From contig CBFHVI010000005.1 in assembly GCA_965658995.1 (NCBI GenBank), positions 5,349-69,348 of the forward strand: DNA of 64,000 nucleotides, in the 5' to 3' direction. The position numbers and the translations under genes are program-made. The DNA is from Flavobacteriales bacterium. Lineage in GTDB: Bacteria; Bacteroidota; Bacteroidia; Flavobacteriales_D; CAJJDF01. Shown piece by piece: positions 55,279 through 62,965 of this stretch; position 1 is the stretch's first letter; every line of letters starts with the position of its first letter. Below the pieces are notes generated by a model that was given only the letters and a program-made list of their open reading frames with translations, ran no database searches and was not told the origin of the DNA.

Positions 55279-56040
55279 TTATTTGAGTTGGTTTAAGTAC
55301 AAATCAAATTCACCGGTTTCCTTCATTATTTCCATTGCTTCGTTTAATTTGTTGACCAAATCAGGTCTGTTCTTGGAAACACCAATACCAATACTTTCTT
55401 CCGTAAATTTACGCTCCATAACTCTTAATTGCGGTTGGTTTTTGGCAATTTCAGTCAAAAAACTTTTGTCTAGGACATAGGCATCTATTTCGTGGTGGAG
55501 TAGAAGTCCTTCTGGTTTTACGAAAGCCGTATCAAATTTTTCGTAGGTAAGAAGTGTACTTAGGTTGAGGTTTTTCTTGGCCCAATTATGAGCTGAGGTG
55601 AAAGCTAAGGTGTATACTTTTTTTCCGTTTAGATCACTCAAGGTAAAGAGAGAATCGGATGTTCTTACCAGTGCGGAGAGTCCGTCAAAGTAGTAGGGAT
55701 TTGTAAATAAAATTGATTTTTTGCGTTCTTCATTGATAGAAAGTGCCCTTATACAAAGGTCGGCTTTCCCGCTTGTTAAAGCCTCAATTCTGGGGTCGCC
55801 TTCGCCCGAGAAATCGAAATTGGCAACATACGAATAGGGCAATTCGGCTATGGTTAGAAGTCTCTCAAGAAAAGCAGGCTCAATACCCGTAGGTTTTGTT
55901 TCGCCTCTCTTCCAGGTATAATGCGGAAGACCTTCTCCTCCTGGCCAAGACACAAATATCCTTACTTCATTTTGCCTCTTACAAGTAAAAAGCAATGAGA
56001 GTATCATGCTAATGCTCATTGCTCGGACCAGGTTTTTCAT
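55279..56040 (-). CDS. periplasmic/lipoprotein solute-binding protein (SBP_bac_3-like)
   Basis: 253 aa. Lipobox LLFTC. Amino-acid-binding-type fold pattern (PYYFDGLSALV). No adjacent permease. Confidence 0.65.
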   Translation of the reverse strand: MKNLVRAMSISMILSLLFTCKRQNEVRIFVSWPGGEGLPHYTWKRGETKPTGIEPAFLERLLTIAELPYSYVANFDFSGEGDPRIEALTSGKADLCIRALSINEERKKSILFTNPYYFDGLSALVRTSDSLFTLSDLNGKKVYTLAFTSAHNWAKKNLNLSTLLTYEKFDTAFVKPEGLLLHHEIDAYVLDKSFLTEIAKNQPQLRVMERKFTEESIGIGVSKNRPDLVNKLNEAMEIMKETGEFDLYLNQLK

Positions 56041-56074
56041 AGCGAGGATTTCTCTAAAATGAGTAACAAGGATT

Positions 56075-59000
56075 TTATTTTTGGGCCATTTGCCATGTAC
56101 CCTCGTTTATCAGTGGTTCCGCTTGTTTGTACTTCACTTCTTTTGTTTCACCACTTCTCAAGTTCACTATGGTAACTCGGTCGTTTCTACCAATTTTTTG
56201 TTCTTTTACCACTGGCTGTTGCTTCACTCTTTCACCATTTTGCTGTTGGTTGGCAACTTGTTGATTTACCTGTGTACTTTCATTAATGTTCGTCCTGCCA
56301 GTCTGTAATTTTGGTTGTGATCTTTGATTAAGTTTTTCGTTATTCGTTTGTTCTACTCCTTGGTTTTGAGGTAAATTAGCTCTCATTAAGAAGGAAATGA
56401 TTTCTTTGTTTACCTTGCTTACCATTTGTTTGAATAGCTCGTAGGATTCAAGTTTATAAATCAATAGAGGATCTTTTTGTTCGTATTGAGCTCCTCTCAC
56501 AGATTGTCTCAAATCATCCATTTCTCGCAAGTGTTCTTTCCATTCGTTATCAATCACTCCAAGTGTTATGTTACGCTCCAGAAGTTTGGAAATATTCTTT
56601 CCTTTTGCCTCGTAGGAGTCTTTCAAATTTGCTAAAATTTGAGTGCTTTTGCTTCCATCGGTTACAGGAATGATGATATTTTCGTAGGAGTTAGACTCGT
56701 TTTGATATACATTGGCAATCACCGGATACGTCATGCTGGCCATTAATTCTACTTTTCTATTATACGCCTCTTTGGCTTTTTGATACACCATTTCAACCAA
56801 TTCGTTTTCATTGATTTTCAAAAAATCATCTTGCGAAACGGGCGATTGGATAGACATAATTCGAATCAATTCTAATTCAAATTCATCGTAATCTTCCATT
56901 CCTTTGCTGGTAAATACAATGTTTTCTGCAATTTCGTAGAGCGTATTGGCAATATCAAGGTCTAATTTGTCACCGTAGAGAGCATTTTTTCGTTTTGCGT
57001 AAATAGAATTTCGTTGGGCATTCATTACATCATCATATTCGAGCAAGTGTTTCCGTATCCCAAAATTGTTTTCTTCTACTTTTTTCTGAGCTCTTTCAAT
57101 AGACTTGGAAATCATTTTATGCTGAATCACTTCTCCTTCTTTGAAGCCCATTCGATCCATCATTTTTCCAATTCTTTCTGAACCAAAGAGTCTCATTAAG
57201 TTATCCTCCAGAGAAATAAAGAACTGAGAAGATCCGGGATCTCCTTGTCGTCCGGCTCTACCTCTCAATTGTCTGTCTACTCGCCTAGAGTCGTGTCGTT
57301 CGGTTCCTATAATGGCCAAACCACCAGATTCTTTTACCCCTTCTTGCAGTTTTATATCTGTCCCTCTTCCCGCCATATTGGTTGCAATGGTAACTGCTCC
57401 AGCTTTTCCCGCTTCAGCAACTATGTCTGCTTCTTGCTGATGCTTCTTAGCATTCAAGACATTGTGTTTTATTCCTTTTGAATTCAATAATCCACTTAAA
57501 TACTCAGAAATTTCTACCGAAGTGGTTCCTACTAAAACGGGTCTGTTTTCTCCTACAAGACGAACAATTTCTTCACTTACAGCCAAGTATTTTTCTCTCG
57601 CTGTTTTGTATACCAAGTCTTCCCTATCATCTCTAGCAATAGGTTTGTTAGTAGGAATTACCACTACATCGAGCTTGTAGATATCCCAAAATTCGCCTGC
57701 TTCAGTTTCTGCTGTACCAGTCATTCCTGCAAGTTTGTGGTACATTCGGAAATAGTTCTGAAGAGTAATTGTTGCATAGGTTTGAGTAGAAGCTTCTATT
57801 TTCACATCTTCTTTTGCTTCAATTGCTTGGTGTAGGCCATCCGAATAACGTCTCCCTTCCATGATACGTCCTGTTTGTTCATCTACAATCTTTACTTTTC
57901 CATCCATCAACACATATTCTGTATCTTTTTCGAACAGCGTGTAGGCTTTTAGTAATTGATTGATAGAGTGAATCCTCTCTGCTTTTACCGTATAATCTCG
58001 AATAATTTCGTCTTTTCGAGCTACCGTGTCTTCACTGATTAATTGTTGATTTTCTACTTCTGCAAACAAACCTCCTAAGTCAGGTAAAATATAAAAGTCA
58101 GGTTCTTCCACCCCAGAAATTAAGTCAATCCCTTTTTCCGTTAAATCTACTTGGTTGTTTTTTTCTTCAATCACAAAGTACAATTCGCGATCTACTTTGT
58201 GCATTTCTTTGCTTTGATCTTGCATGTAGAAGTTTTCTACTTTTTGCAGCTGAACTTTTATTCCTGGTTCACTCAAATACTTTATAAGATCTGGATTTTT
58301 TGGCATTCCTCGATGCGATCTTAACAATGCCATTTGTCCTACTTTTGTGTGTTCGGCCCTCACTTTTTTATCCAAAGTTTCATCTTCGGCTTTTGCTAAG
58401 TTTTCTTTGGCGATTGCTAAATTCTCTTTCGCCAATTTTCGTTGGGCGCCTACCAATTTTTCTACCTTTGGTTTCAGAGTTGTAAATTCTTGTTGGTCAC
58501 CTTTCGGAGTAGGACCTGAGATGATAAGAGGAGTTCTGGCATCGTCAATCAAAACAGAATCTACTTCATCAATAATGGCAAAATGATGTTTTCTTTGAAC
58601 CAAAGAATCTACATCGCTACTCATGTTGTCTCTGAGGTAGTCGAACCCAAACTCGTTGTTCGTTCCAAATGTAATGTCTGCGTTGTAGGCTTTTCTTCGT
58701 GCATCAGAATTAGGCTGGTGCTTGTCGATACAGTCCACAGATAATCCGTGAAACTCATACAAAGTTCCCATCCATTCGCTATCTCTTTTTGCCAAATAGT
58801 CGTTCACGGTAATCATATGAACTCCCTTTCCGGCAAGAGCATTGAGGTAAACGGGCAATGTAGCAACTAAGGTTTTACCCTCTCCCGTTTGCATCTCAGC
58901 GATTTTTCCTGTGTGTAGCGCCACACCTCCAATAAGCTGAACATCGTAATGAACCATTCCCCATGTCACTTGCGTTCCGCCTGCCGTCCATGAGTTAAAC

Positions 59001-59464
59001 CAGATTGCTTTGTCGCCCTCTATTTCTACTGCATCTTTTTGGGTAGCAATGATTTTGTCAAATTCAGTCGCAGTTACTTCTATTTCTTCGTTTTCGGTGA
59101 ATCTCCGCGCAGTTTCTTTCACCACCGCAAAGGCTTCAGGTAGTATTTCCAGTAATACCTCTTCTAATTGTTCATTCGATTGTAATTCTAGTTTTTCAAT
59201 TTCTTGAAAAATTTCATCTTTGGCGTCTACATCCGTGCTTTCGTCTTGTGTTTTGGCTTTAAGCTCATTTATTTTCTCCTCTATTTCAGCTGTGTAAACT
59301 TTTATTTTGGATTTAAATTCTTGAGTTTTTCCTCTCAATTCATCGTTTGAGAGAGAGCTTAATTTAGCAAATTCTTCTTTTGCTTTGTCCACCAACGGGT
59401 TGATATCTTTAAAGACATTTTTAGTGTTGTCTCCTAATATTTTTTTGAGGATATTTTGAATCAT
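56075..59464 (-). CDS. secA: preprotein translocase ATPase SecA
   Basis: 1129 aa. MQTGEGKTLVATLP, DEVDSVLIDDARTPLIISG and TNMAGRGTDI motifs. Long Q/N-rich C-terminal extension. Confidence 0.97.
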   Translation of the reverse strand: MIQNILKKILGDNTKNVFKDINPLVDKAKEEFAKLSSLSNDELRGKTQEFKSKIKVYTAEIEEKINELKAKTQDESTDVDAKDEIFQEIEKLELQSNEQLEEVLLEILPEAFAVVKETARRFTENEEIEVTATEFDKIIATQKDAVEIEGDKAIWFNSWTAGGTQVTWGMVHYDVQLIGGVALHTGKIAEMQTGEGKTLVATLPVYLNALAGKGVHMITVNDYLAKRDSEWMGTLYEFHGLSVDCIDKHQPNSDARRKAYNADITFGTNNEFGFDYLRDNMSSDVDSLVQRKHHFAIIDEVDSVLIDDARTPLIISGPTPKGDQQEFTTLKPKVEKLVGAQRKLAKENLAIAKENLAKAEDETLDKKVRAEHTKVGQMALLRSHRGMPKNPDLIKYLSEPGIKVQLQKVENFYMQDQSKEMHKVDRELYFVIEEKNNQVDLTEKGIDLISGVEEPDFYILPDLGGLFAEVENQQLISEDTVARKDEIIRDYTVKAERIHSINQLLKAYTLFEKDTEYVLMDGKVKIVDEQTGRIMEGRRYSDGLHQAIEAKEDVKIEASTQTYATITLQNYFRMYHKLAGMTGTAETEAGEFWDIYKLDVVVIPTNKPIARDDREDLVYKTAREKYLAVSEEIVRLVGENRPVLVGTTSVEISEYLSGLLNSKGIKHNVLNAKKHQQEADIVAEAGKAGAVTIATNMAGRGTDIKLQEGVKESGGLAIIGTERHDSRRVDRQLRGRAGRQGDPGSSQFFISLEDNLMRLFGSERIGKMMDRMGFKEGEVIQHKMISKSIERAQKKVEENNFGIRKHLLEYDDVMNAQRNSIYAKRKNALYGDKLDLDIANTLYEIAENIVFTSKGMEDYDEFELELIRIMSIQSPVSQDDFLKINENELVEMVYQKAKEAYNRKVELMASMTYPVIANVYQNESNSYENIIIPVTDGSKSTQILANLKDSYEAKGKNISKLLERNITLGVIDNEWKEHLREMDDLRQSVRGAQYEQKDPLLIYKLESYELFKQMVSKVNKEIISFLMRANLPQNQGVEQTNNEKLNQRSQPKLQTGRTNINESTQVNQQVANQQQNGERVKQQPVVKEQKIGRNDRVTIVNLRSGETKEVKYKQAEPLINEGTWQMAQK

Positions 59465-59649
59465 CAGTTACTTGTTTTTGACTTTTGAATGTCATTATTT
59501 TTACAATAATTGTGCTTGCTCGAAATACAAGTCAATTTGGCTGATAAAAATAAGAAAAAACGACTAACTTACCTTTTTAAAAGAATGAAAATACACGATA
59601 TGGCAGAGATTTTTAGAATAGAATGAAATTAAGGATTGATTCTTTTCAC

Positions 59650-59657
59650 TAACTTTG
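59650..59657 (+). promoter_or_regulatory. -7 promoter box (TAACTTTG) for mltG
   Basis: Exact TAnnTTTG match, 16 nt upstream of ATG 59674. Confidence 0.5.
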
Positions 59658-59673
59658 ATAGAATAAAAATACA

Positions 59674-60714
59674 ATGAAAAAAACGAAACTATTTTTTTAC
59701 TTTATGTTCATTGCCATGCTTGGTGCTGGCTATTATTTCTATCCTAAATTCGAGCAGTATTTGTACGGGATTAATTCTGTTAAAAACACCAAAACAATTG
59801 ATTTGTATGTTTCTACGGGTTCAACCCTCGATATTTTAACTGATTCGTTGGTGGCCAACAAGGTGATTGATATGCCAGAACGCTTCAAGAAGTATGCCTT
59901 GTTTAGAAACTTGAAAAACAGAACAGTAGAGCCGGGTAAATACCGAATTCAATCCAATTCAACGTTGCATGAATTGGTAAACGATTTGCGAAAAGGGAAT
60001 GGAGAAAAAGAAGTAAGAATAAATTTGAATAATACGAGAACTCTTGAAGATATTGCCAATAAAATTACCGAAAATATTGAGGTTTCTTCATTTGACTTCT
60101 TGATGCTTTTAACCCAAACAGAAACTCAAGAAAAATATGGGTTTAATTCTGAATCCATCCGAACTCTATTTATTCCAAACACTTACAATGTGTGGTGGGA
60201 TATATCTAAAGAAGAATTATTAGAAAGAATGGCCAAAGAGTATAAGCGATTTTGGAATGCTGATAGGAGAGCGAAGGTCAAAGAAATTGGTCTTTCTCAA
60301 TCCGAAGTTTCTACGTTGGCCTCTATTGTTTATTCAGAAACCAAAAAAGTGGACGAAGCTCCTAAAGTGGCCGGTGTGTATGTGAATAGATTGAAGAGAG
60401 GAATGTTGCTACAAGCTGATCCTACCTTGGTGTTTGCTTTGGGCGATTTTTCTGTCCGTAGAGTGCTGAATAAACACAAAGAAATTAACTCACCTTATAA
60501 CACATACAAAAATACGGGTTTACCTCCGGGTCCAATTATTACTCCTCCAATTAGTTACCTGGATGCTGTCTTGAATTACTCCTCTCACGAGTATTTATTT
60601 TTTTGTGCCAAACCTGATTATTCAGGTTATCATGCCTTTGCCAAAACAAATGCTCAGCATAATGTGAATGCTAGAAAGTATTATACTTTTTTGAATAAAG
60701 AGGGGATAAGGTAG
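59674..60714 (+). CDS. mltG: endolytic murein transglycosylase MltG (YceG-like)
   Basis: 346 aa. N-terminal TM. LASIVYSET, VYVNRL, LQADPT and YNTYKNTGLPPGPI motifs. Confidence 0.88.
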   Translation: MKKTKLFFYFMFIAMLGAGYYFYPKFEQYLYGINSVKNTKTIDLYVSTGSTLDILTDSLVANKVIDMPERFKKYALFRNLKNRTVEPGKYRIQSNSTLHELVNDLRKGNGEKEVRINLNNTRTLEDIANKITENIEVSSFDFLMLLTQTETQEKYGFNSESIRTLFIPNTYNVWWDISKEELLERMAKEYKRFWNADRRAKVKEIGLSQSEVSTLASIVYSETKKVDEAPKVAGVYVNRLKRGMLLQADPTLVFALGDFSVRRVLNKHKEINSPYNTYKNTGLPPGPIITPPISYLDAVLNYSSHEYLFFCAKPDYSGYHAFAKTNAQHNVNARKYYTFLNKEGIR

Positions 60715-60806
60715 ATGTTTGATTATAATTGTGCATTTATTCTCGATGCAATTTTAGTTTTGCTTCAAGAAGAACTAAAATCACTCTAACTGACAACCTT
60801 ACTTTT

Positions 60807-60893
60807 GTTTGTCATTCCGGCCTCTGAGCCGGAATCTTCGTTTTTATGAATGATTCTCGTGTTAAGATTCCTGCCTTCGCAGGAATGACAAAC
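60807..60893. repeat. 87-bp nested-hairpin palindromic element (GTCATTCC-type)
   Basis: Perfect 12-bp terminal inverted repeat GTTTGTCATTCC/GGAATGACAAAC. Internal hairpins TTCCGGC/GCCGGAA and ATTCCTGC/GCAGGAAT. Confidence 0.85.
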
Positions 60894-60901
60894 CTACTTT
60901 G

Positions 60902-61486
60902 TTAGGAACCCCAAGGGTCAAACAAATTCTCTTGCTCGCCTCGTCCTGGTTCTTCTTCTATTAAAGGTTCACATTTTTTGAGTGTTTCGTGGCAATCTTT
61001 TGGTAATTGTTGGTACAACTTGGTTCCTTTTGTTTTCCAAGCAATCATATCGTCCGATACTTCTTTGATTAATCGAGCGGGATTTCCTGCTAGTAAACTT
61101 CTTTTAGGGACGATGGATTTTGCTTTCACAAAACTCAGTGCTCCCACAATGCATTCTTCGCCAATTTCTACTTCGTCCATAATGACTGCATTCATTCCTA
61201 TGAGAGAATTTTTACCAATAATTCCTCCATGAATGATGGCTCCGTGACCTATGTGAGCACCTTCGTGTAAAATGGTGTCTTTCCCCGGAAACATGTGAAC
61301 GGTGCAGTTTTCCTGTATGTTGCACCCGTCTTTTATGATTATTTTTCCCCAATCGCCACGCAAGGCACAACCGGGGCCAATGTACACGTTTTTACCAATG
61401 ATTACATTGCCAGTAACAGTGGCTTGTGGATGCACAAACGAAGAAGGATGGACTACGGGGATGAACCCTTTGAATTGGTAGATCAT
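60902..61486 (-). CDS. gamma-carbonic-anhydrase-like / PaaY-CaiE-type hexapeptide-repeat protein
   Basis: 194 aa. Left-handed beta-helix repeats (IGKNVYIGPGCALRGD, HIGHGAIIHG) plus a C-terminal helix. Confidence 0.8.
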   Translation of the reverse strand: MIYQFKGFIPVVHPSSFVHPQATVTGNVIIGKNVYIGPGCALRGDWGKIIIKDGCNIQENCTVHMFPGKDTILHEGAHIGHGAIIHGGIIGKNSLIGMNAVIMDEVEIGEECIVGALSFVKAKSIVPKRSLLAGNPARLIKEVSDDMIAWKTKGTKLYQQLPKDCHETLKKCEPLIEEEPGRGEQENLFDPWGS

Positions 61487-61569
61487 GGTTGTTGTATTGA
61501 AAAGTATTTACAAAGAAACAAAAAAAAAAAATCGTCATTCTACAATATCATTCACAAAAAAAAGTGGTG

Positions 61570-61650
61570 GTCACCCTGAACTCGATTCAGGGTCTGTCAA
61601 TTGATTGCATCACTGTTTGCAAACAGATTCTGAATCAAATTCAGAATGAC
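61570..61650. repeat. 81-bp three-hairpin element of the GTCA-hairpin-TCT family
   Basis: Arms GTCACCCTGAACTCGATTCAGGGTCTG and CAGATTCTGAATCAAATTCAGAATGAC in inverted orientation. Central palindrome CTGTTTGCAAACAG (61613-61626). Confidence 0.85.
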
Positions 61651-61724
61651 GTTTTATTTTTTTTTGTGGCTTCATTTAGATAATATACTTTTCCTAGTCA
61701 AATTTTCAATTATTCAACGAAAAA

Positions 61725-62609
61725 TCAATACCCACTTCCACTCGTCCCAATCTGCTCAATAGGATGCCAAGTCGTTTTTACTTCGGTAAATTTAATAATG
61801 AAATAAGGGGATTCGTTGTCTTCCTTCATCCAATCAATGTCGTTTTTTACGACTATTCTTTTCAGGTTGGTCGTAGAATTTTCTTGGATTTGCTGAATCG
61901 CTTTTTTATCATTTCCACAATATAATAGGCTATTCACATCCATGTGGGTAGAAAAATGAGGAATGAGTTCTTTGGCATTACCTGTCAAAATATTGATGAC
62001 TCCACCTGGCACATCCGAAGAATGAACCACTTCCGCAAAAGAAATAGAGCACAGAGCTTTGCTTTCTGAAGCCAATAAAATACAAGAATTTCCTGAAACA
62101 ATAATGGGAGCAATGGTCGAAACCAAGCCAATCAATCCGTTTTCTTCGGGGGCAATTACTGCTACAACTCCTGTGGGTTCTTGTACCGAAAAATTGAAAA
62201 ACGTTCCCGATACTGGATTGACCGAACTACTAATTTGTTGGTATTTATCTGCCCAACCTGCGTAATAAATTAATCTATCGATCGAAGTAAACACTTCGTT
62301 TTTGGCTTGTTTTTTTGTAGCACCCATTTGCATCAATTCGTCTACGAATTGTGCTTCTCGTCCCTCAAGCATTTCTGCTATTCTGTACAAAATTTGGCTA
62401 CGGTTATAAGCCGTTCTATTTGCCCAAGGCTCTTGAGCTTTTCGTGCTTCTAAAACAGCGTTTCTAAAATCTTTTCGAGATGCTTTACACATGTTCGCAA
62501 TAGGATTCCCGTTGGTATCTAGCAAGTTGTAATGAATCCCCGATTCTGTTCTGGGAAACTTCCCTCCAATGTATAGTTTGTATGTTTTTAGCACTTCTAT
62601 TCTTGTCAT
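61725..62609 (-). CDS. aldehyde-dehydrogenase-like protein lacking the catalytic domain
   Basis: 294 aa. Collinear with ALDH cofactor-binding region (LYIGGKF, RLIYYAGWADKY, PGGVINILTG, NLKRIVV), then jumps to the ALDH C-terminal strand (FTEVKTTW). No ELGGK Glu, no catalytic Cys block. Confidence 0.7.
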   Translation of the reverse strand: MTRIEVLKTYKLYIGGKFPRTESGIHYNLLDTNGNPIANMCKASRKDFRNAVLEARKAQEPWANRTAYNRSQILYRIAEMLEGREAQFVDELMQMGATKKQAKNEVFTSIDRLIYYAGWADKYQQISSSVNPVSGTFFNFSVQEPTGVVAVIAPEENGLIGLVSTIAPIIVSGNSCILLASESKALCSISFAEVVHSSDVPGGVINILTGNAKELIPHFSTHMDVNSLLYCGNDKKAIQQIQENSTTNLKRIVVKNDIDWMKEDNESPYFIIKFTEVKTTWHPIEQIGTSGSGY

Positions 62610-62633
62610 AGTCGTTAGTTTTTTGTTTTTCCG

Positions 62634-62714
62634 GTCACCCTGAACTTAATTCAGAATCTGTTAATTAGTTGTAGTGTTGTTTGCCAACACACCCTGAATC
62701 AAGTTCAGGGTGAC
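62634..62714. repeat. 81-bp three-hairpin element of the GTCA-hairpin-TCT family
   Basis: Arms GTCACCCTGAACTTAATTCAGAATCTG and CACCCTGAATCAAGTTCAGGGTGAC. Central hairpin GTGTTG-TTTGC-CAACAC. Confidence 0.85.
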
Positions 62715-62755
62715 TGCGTTTATTTTGTTTTTTATTGCTCTTACGTCTTAGAGCA

Positions 62756-62781
62756 GCTTTTCCCGAAATATCGGGAAAAGC
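62756..62781. repeat. perfect 11-bp hairpin GCTTTTCCCGA-AATA-TCGGGAAAAGC
   Basis: Read directly. A related TCCCGA-TTTTC-TCGGGA hairpin lies at 62949-62965. Confidence 0.8.
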
Positions 62782-62862
62782 GGTCTTGTATTTATTATAA
62801 AATCATCCTTTGAGACATTTTTACTTTCCGTTTCACTTCACACAAAAACCCATAGGATTCAG

Positions 62863-62901
62863 CCCATCCCTAACACATCACTGAGGGAGGGAATATTCTC
62901 G
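62863..62901. repeat. second copy of the CCCATCCC...GGGAGGGAATATTCTCG repeat
   Basis: CCCATCCCTAACACATCACTGAGGGAGGGAATATTCTCG. Compare 25177-25214. Confidence 0.65.
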
Positions 62902-62948
62902 TTTTATTTAATTCTCATTTTAATATTCATAGAATCCTGAGTTCCTTT

Positions 62949-62965
62949 TCCCGATTTTCTCGGGA
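62949..62965. repeat. TCCCGA-TTTTC-TCGGGA hairpin abutting the ALDH stop codon
   Basis: 6-bp stem immediately 3' of the stop codon at 62966-62968 (minus strand). Confidence 0.6.

Noticed and set aside
18764-62714. Possibility that the recurring hairpin units form a CRISPR array
   Set aside because: The copies are scattered over 44 kb in different spacers, occur in both orientations and lack regular repeat-spacer periodicity. No cas genes are present.
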